A DNA stretch of 64,000 nucleotides from an uncultured bacterium (GTDB lineage: Bacteria > Desulfobacterota_D > UBA1144), in the NCBI GenBank assembly GCA_913050325.1, contig CAJWZP010000001.1:1611-65610 (forward strand), read 5' to 3'. Below the pieces are notes generated by a model. It saw only the letters and a program-made list of their open reading frames with translations, made no database searches and was not told where the DNA came from. This document shows positions 12,082 to 22,716 of this stretch, piece by piece; positions within the stretch are counted from its first letter, which is position 1, and every line of letters starts with the position of its first letter. Position numbers and translations under genes: made by a program.

Positions 12082-13821
12082 ATGCCAAAAAGAAAGCTAC
12101 TAGAATCAATTAATGAATTGTGGAATAATCAGTACACCTATTTCATATTAATCGGTTTTATTGTTGGTATTTGTACCGGATTTTCAAATGTAATTTTTCA
12201 TTTTTTTTATAATTCAATAACAGATCTTTTTCTAAATCCTCTGGCAAAAAAAAATTTAGTAATTTTTGGGACTTTGATTGGTGGTCTGATTCTTTTTTTC
12301 ATGACCTACATTACAAAAAATGATGATATTCTAGGATATAAATTTCATAACTTTATACATACCGTATCCCAAGGTAGCGGAGTAATAACAATTAAAGAAA
12401 CAATTGTTAAAGCAGGTTCTCAAATTATATCATTGGGTTTTGGAGGATCAGTTGGACAAGAAGGTCCCATGGCACAATTAGGTGGATCAATTGGAAGTAT
12501 TATTGGACAAAAAATAAGAATAAAAAAATCTGATTTAAAGATATTTATCGCATGTGGAATTGCGGGAGCAATCGCTGCAACATTTAATGCACCTATTACG
12601 GGTGTTTTGTTTGTAGAAGAAGTAACATTATTAAGAAACATAAAAATTAGAAGCTTCTTACCTGTAGTCATTTCGGCTGCTACGGCAACTGTTGTAGCAG
12701 GTTTTTATAGTGGTGAAAATAATATTTTTTATACAATAGATTTTTTGTTATTAAGTTACAATGAGCTATTAATTTATGCATTAATGGGTCTTGTAATAGG
12801 ATTAATTTCCTCCTTTTTTACAAAACTTCATTTTAGAATAGAAAATAAATTTGAAACAGTTTTTCCTGAACAAAGAATAAGGCCAATTGTTGGTGGAATA
12901 ATATTAGGTTTAATTGCATTCATACCTTTTGGTATTGGACTGGATATTTTAGGAAACGGATATACGGCAATTCAAAAAGCTTTGTCATCCGAATATACTC
13001 TTTGGATTGCATTAGGGATTCTTATTTTAAAACCCTTAGCTACTAGCATTACATTAAGTAGCGGGTGGCCTGGAGGAATATTCGCACCTTCAATATTCTT
13101 AGGTGCAATATGCGGATTTCTTTTTGGATTTGGGGTAGAAAATATTTTTTTCAAAGATTTAATTAATCCAGGTGATCTATCAACTTCATATTCAATTGTA
13201 GGCATGGGCACATTTTTGGCGGCTATGACTCAAGCACCACTTACGTCAATTTTCTTTACGTTTGAACTAACCCAAACTTATCAAGCAGTTTTACCAGTAA
13301 TGATTAGTTCAGTTATTGGTACTTCAATTTATAGATTGATAATAGGAAGATCCTTTGAATCTTGTTATTTGAAAAAAGATAATATAGAAATTGTTCAAAA
13401 TGAAGAATCTAATATACTTAGTAACATTAAAGTTAGTGAAATAATGCAAAAAGATGTTGTTACTATCCCAGAAAAGATGACCCTGGGTAAATTTATTGAA
13501 TTTTTACCTACAACTCAACTTACAACATTCCCATTGATTGACGAAGATGATAATTTATCAGGAATTATAAGTGTTCAGGATTATAGAGGTTGGGTTTTAG
13601 AAGAAGAATTAAAGGATGTAATTATCATGAAGGATTTAGCATCAACTCAAGTCAACACAGTAACACCAGAGGAATCTATGCTTGAAGTTATTAAACATTG
13701 GGATAAGGGTGACATGTTACCCGTTGTTTCAAAGGCAGGTTCATTAAAAATTATAGGGATTTTATCTAGAAGAGATGCATTGATTGCCTACAACAAAGCT
13801 CTGAATGATGAAGTTTCTTAG
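12082..13821 (+). CDS. ClC-family chloride channel/antiporter with C-terminal CBS pair
   Basis: 579 aa with ClC selectivity-filter-like motifs GSGV, GQEGP and GIFAP, and two C-terminal CBS-like segments. Confidence 0.8.
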   Translation: MPKRKLLESINELWNNQYTYFILIGFIVGICTGFSNVIFHFFYNSITDLFLNPLAKKNLVIFGTLIGGLILFFMTYITKNDDILGYKFHNFIHTVSQGSGVITIKETIVKAGSQIISLGFGGSVGQEGPMAQLGGSIGSIIGQKIRIKKSDLKIFIACGIAGAIAATFNAPITGVLFVEEVTLLRNIKIRSFLPVVISAATATVVAGFYSGENNIFYTIDFLLLSYNELLIYALMGLVIGLISSFFTKLHFRIENKFETVFPEQRIRPIVGGIILGLIAFIPFGIGLDILGNGYTAIQKALSSEYTLWIALGILILKPLATSITLSSGWPGGIFAPSIFLGAICGFLFGFGVENIFFKDLINPGDLSTSYSIVGMGTFLAAMTQAPLTSIFFTFELTQTYQAVLPVMISSVIGTSIYRLIIGRSFESCYLKKDNIEIVQNEESNILSNIKVSEIMQKDVVTIPEKMTLGKFIEFLPTTQLTTFPLIDEDDNLSGIISVQDYRGWVLEEELKDVIIMKDLASTQVNTVTPEESMLEVIKHWDKGDMLPVVSKAGSLKIIGILSRRDALIAYNKALNDEVS

Positions 13822-13825
13822 AATC

Positions 13826-15013
13826 TTACACATCTTCAATAATATGTTGTATTTCTAAACCGGTTGCTAGAGAGCCTATTTTTGAAATTATTGTTAATAT
13901 TGGTTGTAAGAATTTATCACAATTCAAACAATTTTTTTCCATACATATACAGCTAAAATACATACCTCTTGTGTTCAAATTGTCTGTATCACCCTTCGAA
14001 TCATTAACCCTAAAAAATCCTCCGCATACCTTATTATCTATAAGATAATAAACGGGCTCTTTATTTTTGAACACTGTTGGAACAGATTCTTGAACAATTA
14101 AATCATTTAAAACTCTTCCTCCCTTAGATATCTTCATCTTTTTTCTTCCATCTCTGTTTAAGTTTATAAAGTCTTCACCATTTTTAATATTCATTACTGA
14201 CATCCCATATGTGCCTACATTACTTTTTATAAACGCACCTGAATTTGATTTATTAGATATCCTATCAACTACTTTAGAAACACGCTCTCGATCTTTAATA
14301 TTATCTATATCAATATTTGAAACTAATTCTGTATCTAAACTAAAAAAACTTTTATCTACTTTAATTATTTTTGAAAATTCTTCGACCAAGGAATTATAAA
14401 AATGGAAATGGATATCTTTTTTTCTTGTATGCCATCCTACCTCAATAGATGGGACTATAATTTGTGATGTTTTCGATAAAATTTCAGGATAAAAATTGGA
14501 AAAATCATTATTTATTATTATCAAGTCTGGTTCAAAATTATCTATATAAATTGTATCTTTATTTCTTTTTACAAGTGATGCTGTAACTTTCACATTTGAA
14601 GTTGAGTCAAAATCAAATTCAAAATCTACTTCATCTTCTAGAACTAACCCAACTTTTGACTCTACATTTAATAAACTCAACATATCTTGAATTGCTAATA
14701 CGTTATCCCAATAAAAAGGATTTCTTGTGTGAATTTCAGGAATTATTAAAACTTTAGAAATTTTAAAATTAAAATTCTTATTTATAAAATTTTCAATATG
14801 TTCTGATCCTAATTTTTTAAAAATAGGAGACAGGTTATTAAAGCCTGCCGGAAAAATATTTGTATCAACTGCGGCTATTTTATTTTGAGATATTCTTAAA
14901 TCTGTAGAGGTATAAAAAGGAGGATTTGAAATATTAGATTTCTTAAAAATCCATTCATTGATTTTTTCTTCGTTATCTATAACAAGCTTATTTAAATGAT
15001 TTAAAATATCCAT
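13826..15013 (-). CDS. putative glutathione-synthetase-like ATP-dependent ligase (eukaryotic GSH2 type); assignment tentative
   Basis: 395 aa. The blocks AVDTNIFPAGFNNLS and VLIIPEIHTRNPFYWDNVLAIQDML resemble conserved blocks of eukaryotic-type glutathione synthetase as I recall them. It has a Cys-rich C-terminus CICMEKNCLNC and is co-oriented with a DsbA-like gene. No search was possible. Confidence 0.35.
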   Translation of the reverse strand: MDILNHLNKLVIDNEEKINEWIFKKSNISNPPFYTSTDLRISQNKIAAVDTNIFPAGFNNLSPIFKKLGSEHIENFINKNFNFKISKVLIIPEIHTRNPFYWDNVLAIQDMLSLLNVESKVGLVLEDEVDFEFDFDSTSNVKVTASLVKRNKDTIYIDNFEPDLIIINNDFSNFYPEILSKTSQIIVPSIEVGWHTRKKDIHFHFYNSLVEEFSKIIKVDKSFFSLDTELVSNIDIDNIKDRERVSKVVDRISNKSNSGAFIKSNVGTYGMSVMNIKNGEDFINLNRDGRKKMKISKGGRVLNDLIVQESVPTVFKNKEPVYYLIDNKVCGGFFRVNDSKGDTDNLNTRGMYFSCICMEKNCLNCDKFLQPILTIISKIGSLATGLEIQHIIEDV

Positions 15014-15037
15014 ATTGTTAACTAGAAAACTAAAAAA

Positions 15038-15901
15038 TTATTTTGAAAAAAACTCTATGGCATCAATAATTTTTGTTAAATCTGCACCTTTCACAATATA
15101 TCCATTAATAACGAAAGTGGGAGTTGAATTAACACCTATTTTACTTCCCTCATCCTTGCTAGAAAATACGCTGCTAGCATAATCATCATTTTCAAGACTA
15201 TTTAAACATAATAAAGATTCCTCATCTGACATAATACTCTTAATATCGTCTAAAAAATTATCTTTACTAAATTTTGATTGGTTATCAAAAATCAAATCAT
15301 GAGCTTTCCAAAATTTATCATTACCATATTTATCCTTTATACAGGTTGTGAACACAGCGGCATCATCTGCCCACAAATGAAAGCTTAATGGAAAATGTTT
15401 AAAATATATTACAATATTATCTAAATATTTAGGATTCTTAAGAAAACCTAAAACATTTTCATAAGCATATTTACATGCGGGGCATTGAAAGTCTGAATAC
15501 TCAACAATTACAATATCAGCATTTGGGTTTCCAATAAATGGTATATTCTCAAGGCTTATTTCTTCCATTAATTTAGCATTTCTTATAGGACCAGAAACAT
15601 TTATGATTTCTGGATTAAAAATGAAATAATTTCCATCTGAAGACAATAAAAAATATAATGCTGCTTCTTTATCTTGATTTTTAATTAAAAAAGCACCCTC
15701 ATATAAATCACCAATTGGAGATTTCTTAAAATTTGTCAAAGTTACTACTGAGTCAGAAAAGAATTCAGGAAAATTCTTTTCGAATTTATTAATTACATCT
15801 TGTCTTGAAATATTATCAGCTTGTGATGTATTAAGCTTATTTAAGATTTCACATGATGTAATTGAAATAAAAAATAAAAATAAAAATATTATTTTTTTCA
15901 T
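15038..15901 (-). CDS. DsbA-family thiol:disulfide oxidoreductase lipoprotein
   Basis: 287 aa with a lipoprotein signal (lipobox ITSC) and a thioredoxin fold carrying the CPAC active site. An N-terminal extra domain precedes the thioredoxin fold. Confidence 0.7.
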   Translation of the reverse strand: MKKIIFLFLFFISITSCEILNKLNTSQADNISRQDVINKFEKNFPEFFSDSVVTLTNFKKSPIGDLYEGAFLIKNQDKEAALYFLLSSDGNYFIFNPEIINVSGPIRNAKLMEEISLENIPFIGNPNADIVIVEYSDFQCPACKYAYENVLGFLKNPKYLDNIVIYFKHFPLSFHLWADDAAVFTTCIKDKYGNDKFWKAHDLIFDNQSKFSKDNFLDDIKSIMSDEESLLCLNSLENDDYASSVFSSKDEGSKIGVNSTPTFVINGYIVKGADLTKIIDAIEFFSK

Positions 15902-17193
15902 TTTTTCAAAACTCTATTTAAAATTTGTTTTGCCTTAATAAATAAATTATCGAAATTAAAAGCACTATCAATTTCTACTTTTTTTAACAATTTTGTAACT
16001 CTGTCATCAATTAATAATAAATCTTTAAAATTCTTCCCTGAATCCCATGCGGCATGCGCATTATCCTGAACAATCTTATAAGAATTTTCACGGGTTAAAC
16101 CTTTTTCAATTAATTTTATCAAAATATTTTGCGAAAAAATTATTCCATTCGTCTTATAAATATTTTTAATCATATTTTCTTTATAAACTTTTAAATTAGA
16201 CATCATTGAATTCGCTCTTCGAATCATAAAATGAACAGCTATCGATGAATCAGGAGCAATAATTCTCTCTACAGATGAATGGCTAATATCACGTTCGTGC
16301 CATAGTGGAATGTTTTCAAAAGCAGGAGAAATATTTGATCTAACAAATCTAGCAATCCCGGATAAATTCTCGGATAATATTGGATTTCTTTTATGAGGCA
16401 TAGCAGATGATCCCTTCTGACCTTTAGTAAAACCCTCTTCAACTTCCTGAACTTCGGTCCTTTGTAAATGTCTTATTTGTATTGATATTCTTTCAATGCA
16501 TGTTGCTATAAACCCTAGTGAAATAAAAAAATCTGCATAATAATCTCTATTTATTATTTGGCTTGAAATATCAGCAGCTTTCAATTTTAAAATTTTACAA
16601 GCTTTTGTCTCAATTGACTTACTAATATTGGAATATGTACCAACAGCGCCTGACAATTTACCAACTGAGCACTGACTTATTGATCTTTCCAACCTTTGCT
16701 TGGCTCTTATCATTTCATCTAGCCAGTTTGCAACGACTAAACCAAAAGTTGTAACCTCAGCATGAATTCCATGAGATCTTCCCATTATTGGAGTTTCAAT
16801 ATATTTTTTTGATAATTTTTTAAGTGTATTAATTAGAATTAATAATTCTTTCTTTATTAGTAAACCAGATTCCTTTAATTGAAGTGAAAATGCGGTATCT
16901 AAAACATCCGATGAAGTGAGACCTAAATGTATATATCTAGAATCAGGGCCCACATATTCCGCTACATTTGTTGTAAATGCAATTACGTCATGTTTTGTAA
17001 TTTTTTCAATTTTCTCAATTTTTTTTACATTAAAGCTTGCTCTTTTTTTAATATTTCTAAAAGATTTTTTTGGAATTACACCTTCAATTGCCCATGCTTC
17101 ACATACAGCAAGTTCCACATCTAACCATTTTTGATATTTATTATGATCTGACCAAACATCAGTCATTTCGGGAGTTGAATATCTTTTTATCAT
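15898..17193 (-). CDS. purB: adenylosuccinate lyase
   Basis: 431 aa with the N-terminus MIKRYSTPEMTDVWSDHNKYQKWLDVELA typical of PurB, and the fumarate-lyase signature SSAMPHKRNP. Confidence 0.9.
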   Translation of the reverse strand: MIKRYSTPEMTDVWSDHNKYQKWLDVELAVCEAWAIEGVIPKKSFRNIKKRASFNVKKIEKIEKITKHDVIAFTTNVAEYVGPDSRYIHLGLTSSDVLDTAFSLQLKESGLLIKKELLILINTLKKLSKKYIETPIMGRSHGIHAEVTTFGLVVANWLDEMIRAKQRLERSISQCSVGKLSGAVGTYSNISKSIETKACKILKLKAADISSQIINRDYYADFFISLGFIATCIERISIQIRHLQRTEVQEVEEGFTKGQKGSSAMPHKRNPILSENLSGIARFVRSNISPAFENIPLWHERDISHSSVERIIAPDSSIAVHFMIRRANSMMSNLKVYKENMIKNIYKTNGIIFSQNILIKLIEKGLTRENSYKIVQDNAHAAWDSGKNFKDLLLIDDRVTKLLKKVEIDSAFNFDNLFIKAKQILNRVLKK

Positions 17194-17305
17194 TTAGTAT
17201 TTGAAGTATATTCAAAATTTGTAACTTAATAAAGTCCAAACTATTTATAAGCAATTAATAGTTGTTAAACTTGTTTAAAATTAATGTGTTATTTATACTC
17301 TTATA

Positions 17306-18331
17306 ATGAGTCCTTTAAGAGTTATTTTCTCTATCATTAGTTCAATTGCAGGTTTTTATATTACGTTAACAAATCTTAAATCTGTTGGAAACTTAATACT
17401 TCCTTATTCAGTAGGTATAGGATTATTTTGTGGATTGATAACTTTTTTCTTTGTTTATTACTCTGAAAAATTATTTAATGATCTAAGTGCAAAAGCTCTA
17501 GTTGGTGCAACTATAGGTACTGGTGCATCATTGTTATTTTTTCTTACCTTTGCATATTTTTCGGAAATAATTGGTTTGAGTATTAAATACCCACCATACA
17601 CATATCCAATAGTTTTTTTATCAATTCTGTGCCTAGGAATTGCAGTTGGGCTAAAAAAAGGGTCAAATCCTGATCCTGACAAGAAACTTGAAGATGAATT
17701 TTTTCTAGCAAAAATTTTAGATACAAGTGCCATCATAGATGGAAGAATTTCAGATGTTTCTGAAGTAGGTTTTTTAGAAGGTACAATCATACTTCCACAA
17801 TTTGTAATTAGAGAACTTCAATGGATTGCTGATTCTAACGATAATTTAAAAAAAGTTAGAGGTAGAAGAGGAATGGAAACTTTAAAGAAAATGCAGGATC
17901 AGAAAAACTTAAAAGTAAAAATTGTTGACAGAGATTTTACAAACATCAAAGAAGTCGATTTAAAATTAGTCAGACTAGCAAAAGAATTAAAAGGTCAATT
18001 AGTTACTAATGATTTTAATCTTACAAAAGTTGCAAATTTACAAGGTGTGAAAGTTCTTAATGTCAATCAATTAGCAAACTCTTTGAAACCTGTCATTTTA
18101 CCAGGTGAACATATGAGCATAAAAGTTATAAAAGAAGGAAAAGATGAAAATCAAGGTGTAGGTTATCTTGATGATGGAACTATGGTAGTAATTGATAACG
18201 GAAAAAAACATATTGATAAGGAAGTCAATCTTATAATAACAAGTGTTATACAAACCCCAACTGGAAGAATGATTTTTTCTAAAGTTGCAGAGCTAAAAGA
18301 TAAAGATAATACAATTTCTGGTGTAAAATAA
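17306..18331 (+). CDS. yacL: PIN/TRAM-domain membrane protein YacL-like
   Basis: 341 aa with N-terminal TM helices, then a PIN domain (AIIDGRISD...) and a C-terminal TRAM-like beta domain. It lies immediately upstream of ispD-ispF, as in Bacillus. Confidence 0.7.
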   Translation: MSPLRVIFSIISSIAGFYITLTNLKSVGNLILPYSVGIGLFCGLITFFFVYYSEKLFNDLSAKALVGATIGTGASLLFFLTFAYFSEIIGLSIKYPPYTYPIVFLSILCLGIAVGLKKGSNPDPDKKLEDEFFLAKILDTSAIIDGRISDVSEVGFLEGTIILPQFVIRELQWIADSNDNLKKVRGRRGMETLKKMQDQKNLKVKIVDRDFTNIKEVDLKLVRLAKELKGQLVTNDFNLTKVANLQGVKVLNVNQLANSLKPVILPGEHMSIKVIKEGKDENQGVGYLDDGTMVVIDNGKKHIDKEVNLIITSVIQTPTGRMIFSKVAELKDKDNTISGVK

Positions 18332-19023
18332 TGAAAAGTAAAAGTGCTAATTTCATATTAGCAGCTGCAGGAAATGGAAAAAGATTTGGCCAAAAAATTC
18401 CAAAACAATACCTTAAAATAAATAATATTCCCATTTTCATGTATTCAATTATCAAAGCTTCAAAAATAAGCCTTATTGAAAATATTATTATAGTAAAAAA
18501 CAGTCAAATTAAAGATTCGTACATAAATAAAATATTAAAAAATTTTAATATCAAAAAAAAAATCACATTAGTTAATGGCTCATCCTCAAGATTCAATAGT
18601 GTAAAGAAAGCATTTTTATCATCAGCAAAAATTAACAATGAATATACGATAGTACATGATGCGGTAAGACCTAATTTTAACATCTCAAAAATAAGAAAAA
18701 TGATTAATGAAATTAAAGGTTCAGATGGAATTATACCAATTGAAAAAATTCAAGATACTATAAAAAAAATTAAAAATAAAAATATATTTAAAACTATTCC
18801 TAGGGATTCACTATATTTGTCTCAGACACCACAAATATTCATTACGAAGTCATTAGAAAGTTGCTATGCTAAAATAAAACATAAATCTTATTTTTCAGAT
18901 GAATGTCAAATGTTTGAAGAAAATAAATTCAAAATAAAATTTTATATAAATGATGAAAACAATATTAAAATAACAACAAAAAAGGATCTAGAATTTTTAA
19001 AGAAAAATATAAATCATGTATAG
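18331..19023 (+). CDS. ispD: 2-C-methyl-D-erythritol 4-phosphate cytidylyltransferase
   Basis: 230 aa with the N-terminal AAAGNGKRFG nucleotide-binding motif. It is followed by ispF. Confidence 0.85.
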   Translation: MKSKSANFILAAAGNGKRFGQKIPKQYLKINNIPIFMYSIIKASKISLIENIIIVKNSQIKDSYINKILKNFNIKKKITLVNGSSSRFNSVKKAFLSSAKINNEYTIVHDAVRPNFNISKIRKMINEIKGSDGIIPIEKIQDTIKKIKNKNIFKTIPRDSLYLSQTPQIFITKSLESCYAKIKHKSYFSDECQMFEENKFKIKFYINDENNIKITTKKDLEFLKKNINHV

Positions 19024-19498
19024 GATAGGAATAGGATATGACATACATAAAAAGTCATCAAAAAGGAAACTTATTCTTGGTGGTATTTTAATTTCAAACA
19101 AAAATGGACTTGTAGGACATTCAGATGCTGATATCGTAATACATACAATTTGTGATTCAATTCTGGGAGCATTAAACAAGGGAGACATTGGAGAACATTT
19201 TAGTAATAAAAATCCTAAATATAGGAATGCAAAAAGTTCAATTTTTTTAAAAAAAATCAAGAAAATTATGGAGAAAAATAATTTTTCAATTGTTAATATT
19301 GATATGACTATAATTTGTGAAAAACCCAAATTAACAAAATTTAAAAGCAAAATCAAAAAAAATATATCTAAAATATTAGATATTAAACAAAATAATGTTT
19401 CTGTTAAAGCTACCACCTCCGAAGGATTAGGAGAAATAGGTAATGATAATGCAATCGCTTGTAAAACAGTTGTACTTTTAAGAAATGAAGAAAATTAA
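19016..19498 (+). CDS. ispF: 2-C-methyl-D-erythritol 2,4-cyclodiphosphate synthase
   Basis: 160 aa reading MYRIGIGYDIHK...GHSDADIVIHTICDSILGA, the canonical IspF. Confidence 0.9.
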   Translation: MYRIGIGYDIHKKSSKRKLILGGILISNKNGLVGHSDADIVIHTICDSILGALNKGDIGEHFSNKNPKYRNAKSSIFLKKIKKIMEKNNFSIVNIDMTIICEKPKLTKFKSKIKKNISKILDIKQNNVSVKATTSEGLGEIGNDNAIACKTVVLLRNEEN

Positions 19499-20369
19499 TT
19501 TTTTAAATAGTAATAAAAATTATTTAGGTTTAAAACAACCTAACTTTAATAATTCAAAAGTAATTATAGTACCTTTTGGACTTGAGAAAACTGTTACCTA
19601 TGGGAAAGGTACAAAGAATGGTCCGGATATGATTTTAGATGCCTCACACCAATTAGAACTCTATGACGATGAATTTAAAAAAGAAACTTACATGGACTTT
19701 AATCCTTTAACTCTAAAAATAAATAAGATTCCTCTCAAATTAACAGATTCGTTAAATTATTTATCCAATACAGTTGAAAAAATATTATCTGTTAATAAAT
19801 TCCCGCTAATTCTAGGAGGAGAACATACTATTACATCTGCTTGTATAAAGCCCTTTGTAGCAAAAAATAAAGAATTATTAATAATTCATTTTGATGCTCA
19901 TACAGATTTAAGAAATACATATGAGAAAAATATTAATTCACATGCATGTGTAATGAGAAGATGCTTAGATCATAAAAATGTGAAAATTATTTCATTAGGT
20001 ATTAGAAGTACCTCAGCTAAAGAAATTGATTTTATCAATAAAAATAAATCCAGAATAAAAATTTTTTGGGCAAAAAACTATGGGTCATGGGATATAAATG
20101 AGCTTATTAAATTAATTAAAAATAAAAAAATTTATATAACATTTGATGTAGATGTTTTTGATCCTTCTATTATGGCATCAACAGGAACTCCTGAGCCAGG
20201 TGGTTTAGAGTGGAATTTTATACTAAAATTACTGCGTAAAATTATTAAAAATTCTCAACTATTAGGAGTTGATATTAATGAATTGGCCCCTATAAAAAAT
20301 CTAAATTCATGTAATTTTTTAGTATCTAAACTAGTATATAAAATACTATCTTATAAATTTAGTAAATAA
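19485..20369 (+). CDS. speB: agmatinase/arginase-family ureohydrolase (probable agmatinase)
   Basis: 294 aa with the motifs GGEHT, IHFDAHTDL and DVDVFDP. The N-terminus NFLGL...IIVPFGLE is agmatinase-like. Confidence 0.65.
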   Translation: MKKINFLNSNKNYLGLKQPNFNNSKVIIVPFGLEKTVTYGKGTKNGPDMILDASHQLELYDDEFKKETYMDFNPLTLKINKIPLKLTDSLNYLSNTVEKILSVNKFPLILGGEHTITSACIKPFVAKNKELLIIHFDAHTDLRNTYEKNINSHACVMRRCLDHKNVKIISLGIRSTSAKEIDFINKNKSRIKIFWAKNYGSWDINELIKLIKNKKIYITFDVDVFDPSIMASTGTPEPGGLEWNFILKLLRKIIKNSQLLGVDINELAPIKNLNSCNFLVSKLVYKILSYKFSK

Positions 20370-20436
20370 TAATTAAAGATATTTATTATGTCTGAGGTAT
20401 ATTTATTAAATAAATTTTTAAATTTTGGAGTATATT

Positions 20437-21039
20437 ATGTCACATTCTTTACCAAGCCTAAATTTTGATTATAGTGCCTTAGAGCCATACATTGATGCAC
20501 AAACAATGGAAATTCATCATACGAAGCATCATCAAACATACATTAATAATTTAAATCTTGCTTTAGAAAATCATCCTGAATTATTTGATAAATCCTTAGA
20601 AGAACTTCTAGTTAATTTAAATGATATTCCGGAAAATATTAGAGGAGCTGTAAGAAATCATGGTGGTGGACACCACAATCATTCTCTTTTCTGGAAAGTT
20701 TTAAGTCCAAATTCTACTCAACAACCCGAGGGTTTATTATTAGATAAAATTAATAATGATTTTGGAAATTTTGAAAATTTTAAAACAGAATTCAGTGAGA
20801 AGGCTACTAAACAATTTGGTAGTGGGTGGGGATGGCTGTGTGAAGATTCCTCTGGAAAACTTTTAACAATTTCTACTCCTAATCAAGATAGTCCATTATC
20901 TCAAGGATTAAATCCAATACTGGGTATAGATGTTTGGGAACATGCTTACTACTTAAATTATCAAAATAAAAGACCAGATTATATATCAGCATTTTGGAAC
21001 ATTGTTAATTGGGTTGAAGTTGAAAAAAATTTAAAATAA
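20437..21039 (+). CDS. sodB: Fe/Mn superoxide dismutase
   Basis: HHTKHHQTY and DVWEHAYYL motifs. I place the start at the ATG at 20437 (MSHSLPSL...) with a TGGAG SD 6 nt upstream, rather than the TTG at 20425 in the ORF track. Confidence 0.9.
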   Translation: MSHSLPSLNFDYSALEPYIDAQTMEIHHTKHHQTYINNLNLALENHPELFDKSLEELLVNLNDIPENIRGAVRNHGGGHHNHSLFWKVLSPNSTQQPEGLLLDKINNDFGNFENFKTEFSEKATKQFGSGWGWLCEDSSGKLLTISTPNQDSPLSQGLNPILGIDVWEHAYYLNYQNKRPDYISAFWNIVNWVEVEKNLK

Positions 21040-22715
21040 TGTCGAGAAAAAAATATTCTTCTTTTATCACTGATGGAGCCGACAAGGCTCCGAACAGGTC
21101 TATGTTGAGAGCTGTAGGCTTTACAACTAAAGATTTTAATAAACCAATTATTGGAGTTGCATCAACATGGGCAATGGTTACACCCTGTAATATGCATATT
21201 GACCAATTAGCTAAGGATGTAACCAAAGGAATTGATTCCAATGGTGGAAAATCAATAATTTTTAACACTATTACAGTTTCTGATGGAATATCAATGGGTA
21301 CGCCTGGAATGAAATATTCATTAATTTCAAGAGAGGTTATTGCTGACTCAATAGAGACTGTAAGTGGTGCTGAAGGATTTGATGGAATCATTACAATTGG
21401 TGGTTGTGATAAAAATATGCCAGGGTGTTTAATTGCAATGGCAAGACTTAATAGACCTTCCATTTTTATTTATGGTGGTTCAATAATGCCTGGTTATTAT
21501 AAAAAAAAACCAATAGATGTTGTATCGGTTTTTGAAGCTGTAGGTGCGTATTCAAATAATGAAATTACTAAATCTGAACTTTATGAAATTGAGGATGCTG
21601 CAATCCCAGGGCCTGGATCTTGTGGAGGTATGTATACAGCAAATACAATGGCATCTGCTATCGAAGCATTAGGTATGAGTTTGCCTGGAAGCTCTACACA
21701 AATTGCAGTCTCAAAAAATAAAAAAACTGATTGTATAAATTCTGGAAAAAAATTATTGGACTTAATTAAAAACGATATTAAGCCTAGAGACATTATGACA
21801 AAACAAGCTTTTGAAAATGCGATTACAACTGTTATAGCCTTGGGTGGTTCAACCAATGCGGTTCTTCATCTTTTAGCAATGGCGAGTGCTGCTGGCGTGA
21901 AAGTTAAAATAGAGGATTTCAATAAACTTGGAAAGAAAATTCCTGTTCTTGCCGATTTAAAACCTAGCGGAACCCATGTAATGGCAAAATTTTGTGAAAT
22001 AGGTGGACTTCCGCCTTTACTAAAGAGGTTATTAGATGCTAAGTTACTCCATGGAGACTGCTTAACGGTTACTGGGAAAACTTTAAAAGAAAATCTAAAA
22101 AATGTAAAAGATAACTTAGGTACTGATATTATAAAAGATTTAAAGAATCCTATTAAAAAGGATAGTCATATTTGTATTTTAAAAGGAAATTTGTCCCCTG
22201 AAGGATCAGTTGCAAAAATTTCTGGCAAAGAGGGTTTATCTTTTGAAGGAAAAGCAGCAGTCTTTGATTCAGAAGAAAAGTGCATGAATGCGATTCTTAA
22301 TAGAAAAATTAAGAAGGGTACAGTTATCGTAATAAGATATGAAGGTCCTAAAGGAGGGCCCGGCATGAGGGAAATGCTGGCTCCAACATCTGCAATTATG
22401 GGTCAAGGACTTGGCTCAGATGTCGCTTTAATAACCGATGGAAGATTTTCAGGTGGAACGCATGGTTTTGTTGTTGGCCACATAACCCCAGAGGCTTTTG
22501 ATGGAGGTCCTATAGCTTTGATAAAAAACGGTGATTTGATTAGAATTGATTCAAAAAAGAAAACTCTAGAATTATTTATAAGTAAGTCAGAAATTAAAAA
22601 AAGATTAAAACAATGGAAGCAACCCAGCAGATCTCATTTAAGTGGTGCATTATACAAATATTCAATTCTAGTGAGTTCAGCCTCAAAAGGAGCAATAACA
22701 GATAAAGGAATTTAA
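21039..22715 (+). CDS. ilvD: dihydroxy-acid dehydratase
   Basis: 558 aa with the CDKNMPG and SGGTHG motifs. Confidence 0.9.
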   Translation: MSRKKYSSFITDGADKAPNRSMLRAVGFTTKDFNKPIIGVASTWAMVTPCNMHIDQLAKDVTKGIDSNGGKSIIFNTITVSDGISMGTPGMKYSLISREVIADSIETVSGAEGFDGIITIGGCDKNMPGCLIAMARLNRPSIFIYGGSIMPGYYKKKPIDVVSVFEAVGAYSNNEITKSELYEIEDAAIPGPGSCGGMYTANTMASAIEALGMSLPGSSTQIAVSKNKKTDCINSGKKLLDLIKNDIKPRDIMTKQAFENAITTVIALGGSTNAVLHLLAMASAAGVKVKIEDFNKLGKKIPVLADLKPSGTHVMAKFCEIGGLPPLLKRLLDAKLLHGDCLTVTGKTLKENLKNVKDNLGTDIIKDLKNPIKKDSHICILKGNLSPEGSVAKISGKEGLSFEGKAAVFDSEEKCMNAILNRKIKKGTVIVIRYEGPKGGPGMREMLAPTSAIMGQGLGSDVALITDGRFSGGTHGFVVGHITPEAFDGGPIALIKNGDLIRIDSKKKTLELFISKSEIKKRLKQWKQPSRSHLSGALYKYSILVSSASKGAITDKGI

Positions 22716-22716
22716 G

